Assembly (NCBI GenBank): GCA_965153285.1
Contig: OZ229111.1
Direction: 5' to 3' (one strand)
DNA length: 64,000 nucleotides
Source of the DNA: Podarcis tiliguerta
Taxonomy: Eukaryota
In this document: one piece after another, positions 1 through 14,154 of the stretch
Layout: each line of letters begins with the position of its first letter
How positions within the stretch are numbered: position 1 is the stretch's first letter
The notes under the pieces: model-generated
Database searches by the model: none
What the model was told of the DNA's origin: nothing
The model's input: only the letters and a program-made list of their open reading frames with translations
Position numbers and translations under genes: made by a program

Positions 1-1192
1 TTATCATAAAAATAGTTTAGCTGGTTTCAATCTCTAGTTTGAGAGTGAACTGCAGTTACACTGGGTGAAGGCATCTCACAAAAACCTTATCAGTAACCAC
101 CAAAGAGAGGTGGACATTTGCATGGGACAGAAGACAAGGAATGCAAATGGTTGTACAAATTCCTAAGGCTTGATCTGATGACTTGGTGATGTGACATCTG
201 AATCTACACACTGGCTGAAAAGGCAGGAAGTCCTGTGGCTGTTTTGGCCACATTTATTGCATAACAAATTCAAAACGTATAAGAATGCATTTTCAAATAA
301 AATAACTGTTTTCTTAATGCTATTAATACTGTTGAATTTATTGCTGCTCCTTCATGTTTATTAGTGTCTATGGTTAGATTTCAATATTGATTAATTATTT
401 TGTGTTCTATTTTCTGGAAGCAACCATGTGAGAGCTTAGCTCTAAAAGGAGACTTAAAATATTTTAAATAAATAAATATTGACAAGAAATCACATGAAAT
501 GCGTTGAGTTGGCAACAGCCGATCTGGATTTGCTTGATTGCTTAACTATAAAGTTAGCAATATATTTTGGAGGACCTCTAACATGGACCATATGGCATTA
601 TGCCACGCATAAATAAAAATATGCTAGAGCAGGTGGGCTGGTTTAAATTTTATCTCACGGGTTAAATGCGGCTTGCTAAGCTACCCAGAAGCATTTGTTC
701 TAAGTATATTACAAAGCAATTAACATAAGTTCAAAGATGTGGATTTCAGAAATCCGATATCCTGCTTATTTTTAAACTCCATGCAGAATTTTTTACTTTA
801 AGCTTAACAAAATGCCTGGAGCTTGAAATCAATAAATGTTCACCCAAAGTTTAAAATAGTTTCAAGCATTGCACCTGTTTTCAGGGGCCTCTCAGATTTG
901 TTCCCTTTCCAGAAAGTTCCCTTTCCTGACTTTTTAAGATGGACTTATTATCCTGCTATTGGGCAGTGACGACACAAACAGATGAAGACTGTAGGTATGA
1001 GTGCAAATGAAAATCTTATTAATTTAAGAACAGAGCTAAGATGAAATATTATAAATGGCTTTCCTAATCTTTATAGATATTATCTATGATTGTTAACATT
1101 ATTGGTAAACGTTAAGTTTCATCAAGTCTGAAATCAGGCAGATAGAACTCTCCTGACATGTCCTTCACCGAATAGGAAGTAATTCAAAGTTT

Positions 1193-1610
1193 GGCTGTAC
1201 TTATACATAACGCTAAACCTAAACCATGGTTTAGCATGAAGTGAACAAGCAGGAACATGCTTGAATTACGCTTTGGCTTCTTTTTCTTTCCATGGCAAGG
1301 TCTTTACCAAATTGCCACTAATGTTCATTTGACATACAAACAATAAATTGTAGTTTAAAATACACTCTGGTTAGTTTCTAAGCTAGCTAACTTCAAAACA
1401 TGGTTTATTAACCTTACTTGTTTAACTAATAGGAGTTTGTTTCTGGTTGAAACTAAATAGCAACTCATGCTTTTGTGAAATTAAATCCTAGTAAAGCTTT
1501 CTCGTTCATGTGGTCAGGGGGAGGGGTAGAACATGAACCTAAGGCTTTTCTCGGGTTACCTGCTCATGAATGTACTGCTAAACCATGGTTTAGCCTTACA
1601 GGAGAACCAT
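1193..1610. mobile_element. Old palindromic non-autonomous DNA element (AAACCATGGTTTAGC family)
   Basis: AAACCATGGTTTAGC near both ends with degenerate internal symmetry; related decayed copies at about 25312-25725 and 50825-51105. Confidence 0.5.
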
Positions 1611-2554
1611 AGCACTAGGGATACTAAAACTAATGACACCCTCCCTACCGATTAGGACTAATCAACAACAATTGGCACTGGATGCTGCACTACTTTGACC
1701 TGATGAGAGAAATTGCTGGTTTGACAGTGTCCCTCTATCAACATTTTCTGCACAAAGGAAAGGAAACTTTTGCCTCATGGTATAAAACATCATGTGTTTG
1801 GCTCCAATCAAAATTCTTATATTGTCCTCATGTGACACAGAAATGCAACCAGGAGATATGAGCGGATTTAATTTTTTTATTATTTTTGATGCCATACAAA
1901 AAATACCATGTTACTAATCTGACATTTCTGTTGAGTGAAAATTTAATGAATAAATATATTTTTATAGCTTGGAAAAGGTCTCTTAATGTCCTGGGTGTTA
2001 GTTGGAAAGACGTGTGTTAAAGATTGTGATGCATTCATTAGAACAAACTAGATAGCCCTATAAATATAAACAGGGGACATACATTTACAGCCCTGGGCTT
2101 CTTATTAGTAATTTCAAAGTGAGAAGATAAGGGATGTTTATGAATACAAGTAATTTATGGTGTTCTGACTGCTAACTATTTATTTATATGAGGAATTACA
2201 TCCCACACCTTTCTCATATATATGTGTTATTTAAGGTGGCTTATAATAGTTAAAATCGGAATATTAAAGTAACATCTTATGGATTCAGGCTAGATCATTG
2301 ATCTGAATAATAATTCTATGGACACCTAGTGTGCTGTTAGAGAGGCATTAAAGATATTCTCACCCTCTAAAAAATTGTCCCCTTACCAATCAGAAAGAGC
2401 AATCGACCCCTCCGCGCCCCCCCCCCTTCTGCTGGGTGGTGGAGTTTGATTAGGCTGAGCGGTCTCATGGCAAAATAGGCTATCGGCCAAACAGGTGGGA
2501 AGCTGACCAGCAATATCTCCTCGGTCATCGTTTGCACGCATTGATCCAACTGTG

Positions 2555-2660
2555 GTGGGGAATCTGTGGCCCTCCAGATGTTGTGTGGCTTTTGGCTGTG
2601 CTGGCTGCATTGATGAGAGCTGGAGTCCAACATCTGTGGAGTCATAGGTGCCCCAAGACT
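2555..2660. mobile_element. Decayed hairpin hAT-type MITE
   Basis: GGCCCTCCAGATGTTG...CCAACATCTG arms resemble the intact copies at 40573 and 43925. Confidence 0.55.
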
Positions 2661-2826
2661 TAACAGAAACATTAACACTGCAATCCATCCTATGCATGCG
2701 TACTCAGAAGTCCTATTGAGTTCAGTGGGGCTTAGTTTTCACATCAACTAAACATAATGTCTGAATCAGCTCAGAGGCTACCTTCAAATCATTATTTGGC
2801 TGTTTTCCTCTATTCAGCATCACTTA

Positions 2827-3180
2827 AGTAAAGGTAAAGGGACCCCTGACCATTAGGTCCAGTCGTGACCGACTCTGGGGTTGCAGCGCTCATCTCGCTT
2901 TATTGGCCGAGGGAGCCGGCGTACAGCTTCCGGGTCATGTGGCCAGCATGACTAAGCTGCTTCTGGCGAACCAGAGCAGCGCAGGGAAACGCTGTTTACC
3001 TTCCCACCGGAGCGGTGCCTATTTATCTACTTGCACTTTGACGTGCTTTCGAATTGCTAGGTTGGCAGGAGCTGGGACCGAGCAACAGGAGCTCACCCCG
3101 TCGCGGGGATTTGAACTGCCAACCTTCTGATTGGCAAGTCCTAGGCTCTGTGGTTTAGCCCACAGCGCCACCCACGTCCC
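2827..3180 (-). mobile_element. Sauria SINE (Squam1), full length, subfamily A
   Basis: tRNA-like head on minus strand (GGGACGTGGGTGGCGCTGTGGG..., B-box-like GGTTGGCAGTTCAAATCCC); (ACCTTT)n tail; TSD AGCATCACTTA at 2816-2826 and 3183-3193. Confidence 0.92.
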
Positions 3181-3890
3181 TTAGCATCACTTAGGCCTGG
3201 TTAAAAACCAGCAGCTGTGCAGAGGAGGGGAGCAGTGTGGCACCCTCCTGGCAGTGATAGTTGAATGTGTTTATCAGGATGCAGTGGGATGAGGAGGCAG
3301 TGAGGTTGGGGGTAGGGCCCTCCAGACTGGATGTTCCAGCCTGCAGGTGAATGCACTACTGCTGCTAAAATCTTGCATCAAACTTCTTAACTCAGCATTA
3401 TGTCAGAACAATGCAAAAGGCCATTATCACTGCCTTCATCATTAACAAGATGTATAGCTAGATACCATCAGCATATACTACTGCAGTTGTACCAGTCTCA
3501 CAATATTCCCAGCTGGTGCTGCATACAATTACAGCAAGGGAGTGAGCAGCAGTTCTAGTTCTCACCGAATGGTTTCTGACAACTCAAAACCCTGAAAACA
3601 TTTTCTTCTGTGACGATGCTCTGAATTTTTGAATGGTGTTCCTCTAGCCCTTTCACAAAACTACAATATTAAGGATTATGATTTTATTATTTGAGAGCCA
3701 TGAAGGATGAAACAGATTTGAAACTGCTTTACCTGTGTAGTGAGAAGGCATCAACTGTTCCAAAGGCTTCAGGTATCTATGCTCAGAATGAAAACAGTTC
3801 ATGGGATAAAATGGAAGCCCTGTCCATATGGTCCCTCTACAAAACACATATAAGCTAATTATGCTTATATGTAGTGGGTGACAACCATCC

Positions 3891-4038
3891 NNNNNNNNNN
3901 NNNNNNNNNNNNNNNNNNNNNNNNNNNNNNNNNNNNNNNNNNNNNNNNNNNNNNNNNNNNNNNNNNNNNNNNNNNNNNNNNNNNNNNNNNNNNNNNNNNN
4001 NNNNNNNNNNNNNNNNNNNNNNNNNNNNNNNNNNNNNN
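3891..4038. other. Assembly gap (148 N)
   Basis: Run of N. Confidence 1.
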
Positions 4039-5039
4039 AATCTTATATTTATATTTCCCCCGATTAAATATTATAATATGCAGTTTCCAGCTCTGACCCA
4101 CCTTAAGACAGGGTGAGTTAAAAATCTAAACAAAAACCCACACACATAATAATCATTAATAAAAACCAACTGCACAGCATTCAACTTATCTGTGATTGTT
4201 GATCATAGTAATCATCATTACATAATTCATAGTTTTTACACCATTTAACGAATAACTTTAGCTCCAGTGAGCAGGTTTATTCGAATGATAGGACATCGCT
4301 TAATCTTCATCTAACATTTTTCTAAAAATGCTTGTTAAAATGTGCAAGGAAGGGTTGCTTGCAGCACCATATAGCTATACCTTTCCTTATTTTTTGCACC
4401 ATTTCTACTATATAATTCTCCAACCCTGCCCTGAGGTAGATGGACCAATGATCTGACTCAGTATAAGGCGGCTTCCTAATCTTTGCACAGATTTCTTTTG
4501 CATTAAGTGATCCCTTACTTTGATGGCCTTTTCTGGCTATGAAAAAGCAGCCCTTTTTTCATTTCCCATTTGCAACCAATTTTCATAAGGAAACTGGAGA
4601 AAAACACTGAAGAAAATACCTACTTTACCCTTTTCTGCAGCCCATAGCATCCTGCCTGAGACGCCTCTTAATTCAGTGGCCATCAGTTTGACAAACAGAT
4701 GATAAAGAATTAAGGAGAAGAACACAGCAAAAGTCAGCTGTTGATCTTAGGAATTTCCATTGAAAGGACCCCCCAGGGGAACTTTGAGAAGTGTTCTCAA
4801 AAGAAACAGAAAATCTATTTTGACCAGGACTGAGCTGAAGAATTTGGGCCCAGTAATTTTTGTAGGTTTTGAGTGGCGTGGATAGTAACAGATAGCAGGT
4901 GGGAGTGTTGGCATTCACCAGGCCTCCACAGTTGCCTGTGTTGCTGCTGCATACTGGGACGAAAGGTCCAGGCAGTGGCAAGGTCAGTGCAGTGCAAATT
5001 CACCAGCGGGATCACCGCCACCCGACCCCACTGTCCCCT

Positions 5040-5382
5040 ACCAGATGGCTAAGAGTATAACCTGATAGCTGGGAAGCCGTCAGTTCAAATCCTGCCTCAT
5101 ATATGAATTCATTATGCCAGCCTGCCTATGGCACATCTACTCAGAAGTAAGCTCCGCTGAGTTGAAAAGGACTTACTCACAGGAAAATGCATACAGAATT
5201 GCAGCTTAAATAGTCTCCAATAAGCTATCATCTCTTGGCCTCCATCCTCTATATACAATATAGATATACAATATACAATACACAATACACTATATACAAT
5301 ATACACCTGCTTTATAAAATCACTGAGGTAATATATGTGAAGCACTTTGAAAGCAACTTATAAATGCTAAGTACTGCTATTA
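5040..5382 (+). mobile_element. Old MIR-like tRNA SINE interrupted by a short palindromic element (about 5118-5206) and a (TATACAA)-like simple repeat
   Basis: B-box-like CAGTTCAAATCCTGCCTC; 3' end GTAATATATGTGAAGCACTTTG...AAATGCTAAGTACTGCTATT is MIR/L2-tail-like. Confidence 0.55.
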
Positions 5383-5981
5383 AACATTCTGAAAGCGCTG
5401 CCTTGGGATTTGTGTGGGTGGGGTGGAGAGGAATGTCAGTAAGGTTAAATAAATAAATAAATGGTGGGATGGGAGCAAATCCGTAAGTGTGGTAAGATTA
5501 CGAAGGGAATTGGGTGAAGATGGAAGGATCAAAACGAAGATCACCTTTGTGGCCTGATAATTTTGAGATTACTATGTGGCCGTATAAAAGTGTTACCAGT
5601 TTACTCAGGTTACTACAATAGCATTATAACAACACTGACAGCTTGTCGATATTAATAGGCTGGTTTAATGCATTATCAATGCTAATCCAATTTTACTCCT
5701 TTCCTGGACTCTACCAGACAACAGAAGAACAAAAATCAGCCTTAGAATGGCTGGGAACTACTGAATAACATTGGCAATACTTATATATTAATGGGAAACG
5801 GCAGCTATGTTGCTACACATACCTGCAATTCACTGTCCACTTACGACCTATTTGCCATAAAATTTATCCACCACTTCTTTAAAAAAAGCTTGCCAGCAAT
5901 TTGAAAATCATGTATGTGATCATATATGTATATACAGTCATGCACAAAGACACTATGGACTAACAATAAAATCCTATACAT

Positions 5982-6342
5982 CAGGGGTGGGGAACCTGGG
6001 TTTGCCATGGATCAAATTTGGCCTGAGATGCCATTTCCCCCAACCATGCTCACCTGTCACTTGTGACATCAGCTGATGGGCAGGAGGATAGGCTTCAATT
6101 CTATGTTGGTAGCTTACTTCTTTCTCACCTCCCTGTGAGCTGATGGAGAGGGGAGAAATAAAGATGTCTTTTGTAGGAACTGGCTGCAAGCAGGAAGGAA
6201 TCAGCAAGCACAGGGCAGGCAATGTGGTGCTTCACAAGGTATTTTGACAAGTGGATGAGGCAACCCACCTGTCAAGGTTTGCCTCACAGTGGGACCAGAA
6301 AAAGATCTGACCCCACAGAGCCAAAGGGGTTTCCCACCCCTG
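5982..6342. mobile_element. hAT-type non-autonomous DNA transposon
   Basis: TIRs CAGGGGTGGGGAACC ... GGTTTCCCACCCCTG; the 8-bp flanks are degenerate (CTATACAT / TTGTGTAT). Confidence 0.7.
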
Positions 6343-8068
6343 TTGTGTATGTTTACTTATAAGCTATTAGTTTTGAAAGATGCTAATTCCCAGGTAAGTG
6401 TGCAATCCTATATTCACATATGTAAGGGGAAGCCTAATTAAATTCATTACTTCTGAGTAGCCATGCATAATATTGTGCTGCAACTTAGTTGCACCTAGTT
6501 CCCATTCCTTAGAAGGCACACTAAAGTAAGAGAGATTGAGAAGCACTATTAAAATGAAAATATTCTATTTTAGCTTTCCTTTCTGGCCTTGTATATCCAA
6601 TTCACATAACTGAATAATCTGATTAAATTTTAATAGGTTATTTTATTTTTAATTGTTCTTATTGTGTTCTCTGGGTTGCTTTGGAGGCCCATGTGGGGTC
6701 AAAAAGCACCTGCAAATATTTATATAAACTAAATGAATAAATGAATTCCTATTGAACTCCAACAAATCATTACTAGTTACATCTTTGAAGGTGAAAAACA
6801 ATAACTATTTAATATTTTTTTACTATGTAGCCCCGCACATTTTAGACGTCTGAATAACCAAGGTGCATTTTTCTTTTTAAAAATCCTGAGTTTTTCATAT
6901 GAAGGAGAATAAATCTGTTTAATTCTGCATTTGGTTGCAGAGTAAGCAATTCACTATGGATCATATCCAAAGCTGTATGCTTCAGGAAAAAAGGCAGCTG
7001 AGGAGATCTTGTGGAGAGGTCAATTGAAGAGGAACGTATCAACTGCAAAGGATGAGGATAAAAAGCAAGTTAAGGATAAGTGTGAGATTAAGCGATCCAG
7101 CTTGGTAACAGGAAATGCGGGTTGAAAATGAACACAAGGGGAAGCAAAGTATTGTGGTAATACTTAGTCTCTTAATTTGGGAATGAAATACAGATCTTTA
7201 GCATGAAAGAATGGCAGGATGCTACCCACAATCTTTCCTGCTACAGAGTAATACCCCATTCAAATAAGTAAATTATTTTATTTAACAACGACTCCTGGAT
7301 ACTAGTATATTAGAGCAATCCTGTCATTCTTCTTCCTTTCCACAGTTCTATACAGAATCTGCCTTTTCCCCACCTCCCACGTGAGTCATATAGAAATTCT
7401 TTCCCTCAAAACTTCATGTCTATATTTTTACACCATACATATTTAGTAGTTTCCTTCTTCTGGGCATCAGAATCTCTTCTAGGCCTGTGCATCTTCCCTT
7501 CTCATTTTCAAGTATCAATATACTCATTTCCAATCTATTTAAGATACTGTGGTGATGGCTAGTAAGTTCTGGGCTGCAGTTTTCACTTCAGCATTTTCTG
7601 GTGTTTTCAGTGGCTGAGGGAAAGCTAGCCTGGAACGTTTTTGATAGTCAGTGGGGAGCATCTATTTCTTTAAAATGTTGTTAAGAAAGGAGACTTACCA
7701 CAGCAGTTACAGTATGAGGTGGCAGAGGAAAGAATCAAGTCTTTTTTCTTCCTCTTAAAAAAGAAAGAAAAGAAAGACTGAAAGCCACCACTTCAAAAGG
7801 CAACAAAGATTATGAGAAGTGTTCCTTTCGGGGAACAGATCAGTAGCTTGAGTTTGCCTCAGTGGCTAAACTCAAACGTTTTGTCTGTTTGCCACCACTA
7901 GAAGCACTGGCAAAGCTTTCAACTGTTGTTTTTTTAAAAGAGATTTTGGCACTCCTCTATGCCATCTCATATCTATTATACTAAGCCCCCACCACACAAA
8001 AGCCTCCAAAAACGGTCCCTACTTTCACAAATGAATGATCTGAAGAACAGTGCCAGATTTACATATAA

Positions 8069-8497
8069 GCTAAACAAGCTATAGATTAGGGCCCCACTCT
8101 CTTGGGGGCCCCCAAAAAAATTAAAGGGGAAAAACTGGATGTACATCTCCAAAATATAAGATAAAAAACAAATAAAATAAAACCTACATACAGCAACAGT
8201 GTTTTGTGTTGTATAGGCTCCTGTGATGTAAGTAATGGGCCCCGCCTGCTAGCCTGCTCCCTAAAAATTTCACTGGTTTGCTCATTTCTATATATAGGGT
8301 TCCTACATTCTGCGTGGATTGCAACATGTGCAAATGGCTTTAGATACCTATTTTGTTGTTGTTGTTGTTTAGTCGTGTCTGACTCTTCAACACAAAAAAC
8401 AGCAACAATTTGTTGTTGCCAAAAGACAGATGGACATATAAAAGGCCCCATTACCTTCAGTAGATTAGGGCCTCATCAAACCTAAATCAAACCACTG
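8069..8497. mobile_element. Partial hAT-like non-autonomous element
   Basis: Repeated GGGCCCC subterminal motifs and right end CCTAAATCAAACCACTG; left end not seen. Confidence 0.5.
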
Positions 8498-9573
8498 CCA
8501 ACAAATGTAGTAGTGGACATTTTCAGCCCACTGCTCTTACAAGCTTATCTCTTCATTCAAATAAGCTTCAGGCTTTACTAGATGCACGGACAACAGGTAT
8601 CACAAGGAACTTAGCTGCTTGCCACACTGTTTTATCATGTCAAAAGGAGAACTCACCCTGATTCTCTTCCCACCCTCATCACTTATGAAATGAATAGGTT
8701 CTGATTCATAGGTAACTTTCACATCTCACCACTGAAGATGGGGAGGGAGCTCAAAAAAAAAAATCCCACCTGGACAACAAGAATAAGTGTGGGGCATTGA
8801 AGCACCTGCTTCCTGTCACAGCGCACATAGTAAGATCCACAGCTGCGCCCCCTGCCTAAAGCTATCTCCTTCTGCATTGCCTCTCTTTTCATGTGTCCAC
8901 AACCATGCTTTGCCCAGTATGCTTTGTTAGGTACAAGTTCAAGACATCTCCAATAACTTATTTCATATGTTTCAGAGCCGTGGCTTTCAATTATTCTGAC
9001 TGAAACTTCTCAAATCCCATTTAAGATATGGCAGCTATGCAGCAAGTGAGCTGCTCCTTTTGGAAATCTGAAGTTAAACAAAGACTTTTCTCTGTAAGGT
9101 GTTTTTCATGCAGGGCCTGGAAATGCAATTACATTTAATTTTTATAATAAAGTCATACAATCACTGGAGGTATGTGTTAGAAGGTACATTTTATTGTTTT
9201 TCATCATGTAATTGTGTGCTTCGTTGCTTTTGGGCTCCTTTTTTCTCGTCGTGGGAGGTGTTGTAACTTTGGACAAACCACTTGTCTGGGGATGAGATTG
9301 GGATGTGACACTAAGCAGTACCTTGTGCTGCAAACCAAAAAATGGGGGGGGGGGACCCCTACCCTTCTTATTTCATATTAGCTGTATTTTAAAGTAATGA
9401 TCAAAGAGAACATGTCATTTGTGGGAAATAAAAAGATGTCCATTACAGACTAAAAGCAAATTGAAGAATATGGGAAGCATTTGGGATTTGGTTATTCACA
9501 AAAAAATGTGAGCCTGAATTCACCACTTCATCACTTACACAGAAGTTGTAGTATATAAATGCTCTGGAATCCA

Positions 9574-9902
9574 TCTATCTTTTTTATTACTTTTATTAGT
9601 AAGTTTATTTATTATTTTCCCATTTTACAATAAATCATACAAGTTAACAAAACCGAAAATAACTTCAAATCGACTCCCCCCCAATCTGTGGTTCATTTCA
9701 TTTTATATTTATTACTGCATATCCAGATTAATTCCTTATTTATTTATTTTCTCTAAAATTTCCTTGTTATCTTTACTGCTCGTTTTACATTAACTCTGCT
9801 AATGTTTTATGTTGCTTACAATATATTTTCAAATATTCAATAATTTCCCCCAGTCTTTATTAAAAATTATATATTCCAGATTCCTTATTCTTCCCGTAAG
9901 TT
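9574..9902 (-). mobile_element. 5'-truncated L1 LINE 3' end
   Basis: Minus strand reads KLTGRIRNLEYIIFNKDWG.., resembling the L1 ORF2 C-terminus; G-rich 3'UTR, AATAAA and A-rich tail; flanking TGGAATCCA at 9565-9573 and 9903-9911. Confidence 0.7.
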
Positions 9903-10141
9903 TGGAATCCAAATCTCATCCATCCCTATGGCAATTCAATCTCCCACAGTATATAAAATGAATGATATAATACAAGCCTCTGCCCACACAATTTTAGCTT
10001 TGGGAAGGAAATAGGGGCCTAACAACTCTCAGCACCACTAACAAATGGCAGTATCCAGGATTCTTTGGGGAAAGCCAAGACTATAGGAAGCACCTAAAGA
10101 AACCAGTGTCTGCATAAGCTTACAGACGATCTGCGATTTAA

Positions 10142-10690
10142 GATAGTCATGTATAAGAAATGAAGGAAAGGGGAAATTACAAAGGAGGATTATACACAAG
10201 TAACCAACAGTTGCAGGGAGAAGGTCAGGCAGACCAAAGCACAGAATGAGCTCAGGCTTTCAAGAGAAGTTAAAATTAATTTTAGAAGGTTTCTTTGGAT
10301 AAGTTCACAGCAAGAGAAAGAGCAAGCAAGGAGAAATGCTATTGGGTGACAGAGAAAAGGTGGAATTGCTCAACACGTACTTTGCCTAGGTCTTCATCCA
10401 AAAGGAAAGTGATGCCCAACCTGGTGATAACAGAATAAATTATGCAAGGAGGGAGCTGCAGCCCATGATATGAAAAGAGGTGGTAAGAGAACACCTAGCT
10501 ACTTTAAATGAATTCAAACATCCAGGCCTGATGAGTTGCAGCCAATGGTACTAAAGAATGGGTTTCTTATAACTGACGGATCTCTTATCTTCTTTGATAG
10601 TGTTACAAGATTAGTGCATCACAGGAATGCTGTGGACATAATGTATCCTGATTTCTGTAAAGCTTATGATGAAGTCTACCATATTTTACC
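10142..10690 (+). mobile_element. CR1 LINE ORF2 fragment, decayed and internally deleted
   Basis: CREKVRQTKAQNELRLSREVK..., EKVELLNTYFA*VF, PGxDELQPMVLK (frameshifted), NAVDIMYPDFCKAYDEV: CR1 linker and RT motifs with stops. Confidence 0.85.
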
Positions 10691-12605
10691 ATAATAGAGA
10701 TGGTGTCTGGATAAAAAATGGAAGGGAGTTCAAAATGTAGTTTAATATCAGCCATTATCATTGACAGCCACTGTATTTTCAAGGGCAGAAATGTAACGAG
10801 ATCAGCACATCACTCAAATGTTAAATCTTGAATTACATTTTTAGACTAATGACTACATCTCAAATTAAAAAAGAGCTTTCATTTTACTTGCTTATTTATT
10901 TAAACATTCTGTCCTGCCTATTGATGGAGGGCCAAACCACATGTTATGCTTACTGTTTAGTGTGCAACTACATCCAGTGTGTTCTCTTGAATCAATTATA
11001 GAAAGGATTTCCCCAATAGTTACTGGGCACACAGCATGTGGGAACTGGAGCATTTGCAGCCATGATCAGGATAATCATGCACACATCCAAACAGCTATGA
11101 GGTGGGAGCGGGCGGGCAGGAATTCTCATTGGCGCCAAAGGGAGAAACAGAAGCACAGAAACCAAGCGGAGAGTTTGGTCCATCTTCCACCAGCCTGCTT
11201 CCTCTCTTGCATGACCTCACCTGCATGGAATTTCTTGTTGTCCATTGCTAACAGATGAGTGAGAGCTTAAATACAGGACTGCTTCAAAAGCATGTCCACA
11301 TGTGCGACAGTAGCCAATGCAGATGTTATAACAGCACAAATTACCATGGCTTGGTTGTTCAATGAAGTGGATTTGCAAAAACGGGCCAAGTGTCCAGAAT
11401 GACATGAAATATGTGAACTTACTTTTTAAAAAATGTGGGGATAAGAACTTAATAAAATGCCTTCCAGCCTCCTCCCCACTCACAATAATCCTCTTCCTTA
11501 CTTAGCTTAATGGAAAAGGTTAATTGCTTTATCTGAAATTATTCTGCTAAAATTTTCTATCAGAGCACCTTTCCACCAACAATATCTGCTTCATGCAGAC
11601 AATGTAAGAGGACAGTTCACCAGCCCAACATCAAAGTTCCCATAAAGGTAGGAAACAGCTTCCTGTGCCTTTTAATGGCTGCATGACAGGGACACAAACA
11701 CAACAGTTGTGGCATTACTGCTCATTGATAGCTTAGTATTCTATTTATTTCTCTGTAATGTAGGTGAGGGGAGCTCTGTCAGTAAAGGAGTTCGCAACCA
11801 TACACAACTTAATTGCTAGTGGCCATCAAACCTGCTCTAAATCTTCAGCAGTGCTGAACATTATTATTACTAGGAAGAGTTATATGTCAAGCTATTCAGT
11901 TTTCTCTTTTCACTTGATTCTGTGAGACTAAGATGAAGTTCTAGTGGAGGGCCGGCCTTGTTTTTTAACATGAGGCAGACCTCTGCTGGGACTGTACAAC
12001 TGAAGAATATAGGAAGAGGATTGCATGATTAAATGTTCCCCTACGTCTGAGTAAAGTTAATATGACGTGGAAAAGAATGCTAGCCAATCTTCCCCAATGA
12101 ATCAAGTTTTCTATGTACAAGGAGCTGAGTTTAACTAAGAAGAACGTTTAGACAAGTGATCTTCTTTCAGCCTTCTAAAGTGGTGCAAGAAGGCTATTTT
12201 TTTTCTGATATACAGATCAGCTCACAAGCCATTGATATGTTCATATTTACAATTATTAAAATCACTTTCTGTACTATTGGCCTCAATAAAACATATGGGT
12301 CTAATAAACCCCAGTAAAAGTTAGAAACTTGCATTCAATAATCAACTGAAACAACATAAAAGGAAAAGCCAAAGAAGAAAATGTGGGCCGCAATGACTTG
12401 TCTAACTGAACCTACTCCCTTAATAAATATATCTTAAAATAGCCTCCCAGTGATACATTTGCAGTGCAATGCAAAAACATTAGATTTAAGCTATGAAACA
12501 GATAATTTCACAGAAGTACATCTGAGCTGAAGGATGCTGTCCAAACTTTATTTATTCTATAGGATGTAATGATTTTAGCCAGCATTACATTCTTTCTTTT
12601 TCAAG

Positions 12606-13069
12606 GAATCATAGAGTCTTAGAGTTGGAAGGGCCTCCAAGGGTCATCTAGTCTAACCCCTGCAATGCAGGAATCTCAGCTAAAGTATCCATGACAGATG
12701 GCCAGCCCACCTCTGTTTAAAAATCTCCAAGGAGGGAGAGTCCACCACCTCTCGTGGGAGTCTGTTCCACGGCTGAACAGCTTACTGTCAAAAAGTTTTT
12801 CTGAATGTTCAGTCGAAATCTCCTTTCTTGCCACTTGAAGCCATTGGTACGAGTCCTACCCTCCAAAGCAAGAGAAAACAAGCATGCTCCTTCTTCCATG
12901 CGACAGCTCTTCAGTTATTTGAAGATGGCTATCTTATCTCCTCTCAGTCTCCTCTTTTCCAGGCTAAATATACTCAGCTCCTTCAAGCGCTCCTCATAAG
13001 GCTTAGTTTCCAGACCCCTGAACATCTTGGTTGCCTTCCTCTGCACACGTTCCAGCTTGTCAACATCTT
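12606..13069 (-). mobile_element. CR1 LINE 3' end
   Basis: Minus ORF GRTRTNGFKWQERRFRLNIQKNFLTV matches the CR1 ORF2 C-terminus; terminal CCCTTCCAACTCTAAGACTCTATGATTC. Confidence 0.92.
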
Positions 13070-13470
13070 TTTTGTATTATTATTTCATTTTTAATGGTAC
13101 AGCATCAACATAACCTTGACACATTAGTCACCTTAGTAACAAACAAGTGTACCATATTCATGCATAATTGAAATCTCAATAGGATATTCAATTTAATACA
13201 TAGATAGGTTAAAATGAATTTAAATAGATAGTATTTCAACAGAATAAAATCCAGCATTCATGTTACTGCAAAATGGAAACAAGAATACCACTTTTGAGAA
13301 GTCCACACTCTGTTTAAAACTGAAAACCTGGAAAATTCCACAGCCAAAATATAAAGTATTTGTGTAAAAATTATATACCAATTATAACAGTAACCAGATT
13401 CTACTATCACTGGTTACTATTATAACTTTAAATTACCTGAGTGTTCTATTGTCACCACTGTGTCACAATT

Positions 13471-13503
<33 letters not shown>
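13471..13503. repeat. Compound (TC)n(AC)n microsatellite
   Basis: Read directly from sequence. Confidence 0.95.
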
Positions 13504-13882
13504 GATTAGGAGCAGGTGAATTATAGGTTACTTTTCTGTAAAGTGAGGACTATCATATGCAGATTTGGTCTAATCTAGGTAGATGCACTGCTGGGAGTGA
13601 AGTGAAACTATTCATCAGATGGTTTAGATAAGATCAGAAAGAGCTTAGATCATTCTTTGCTAAGCTGCTGCCCTCCAGATGTTTTGAACTACGACTCCCA
13701 TCAGCCCCAGACAGCACAGCCCTGTTCCTTTCAGCTCCTCTTTGAATTCCTTTGGAGCTTGAAAATAAGAATGAAGACTTGGCATAAAAGGTCTCCAAAA
13801 GAGAAAACCTGCTACACAACTCATATTTCTGAAAAGGTTGCATTCTGAGCTTTTTATTATCAATGTTTTGGGGAATATAATA

Positions 13883-14124
13883 CAGTGGTACCTTGGGTTA
13901 AGTACTTAATTCGTTCCAGAGGTCCGTACTTAACCTGAAACTGTTCTTAACCTGAAGCACCACTTTAGCTAATGGGGCCTTCTGCTGCCGCTGCGCCGCC
14001 GGAGAACAATTTCTGTTCACATCCTGAAGCAAAGTTCTTAACCTGAAGCACTATTTCTCGGTTAACAGAGTCTTTAACCTGAAGCGTATGTAACCTGAAG
14101 CGTATGTAACCTGAGGTACCACTG
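13883..14124. mobile_element. Tc1/mariner-pogo(Tigger)-type MITE, family 1
   Basis: TIRs CAGTGGTACCT...AGGTACCACTG, TA on both sides, internal TAACCTGAAGC repeats. Confidence 0.9.
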
Positions 14125-14154
14125 TAATAGAATAAGTACCCTACCGATGGCTTT

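Noticed and set aside
3865-4116. ORFs spanning N runs (also 42909-43142)
   Set aside because: Artefacts of assembly gaps.
7699-7753. Minus-strand 55-nt exon-like unit (pyrimidine tract-AAG ... GTG|GTAAGT)
   Set aside because: AAG acceptor derived from a low-complexity A/G run; peptide unrecognisable.
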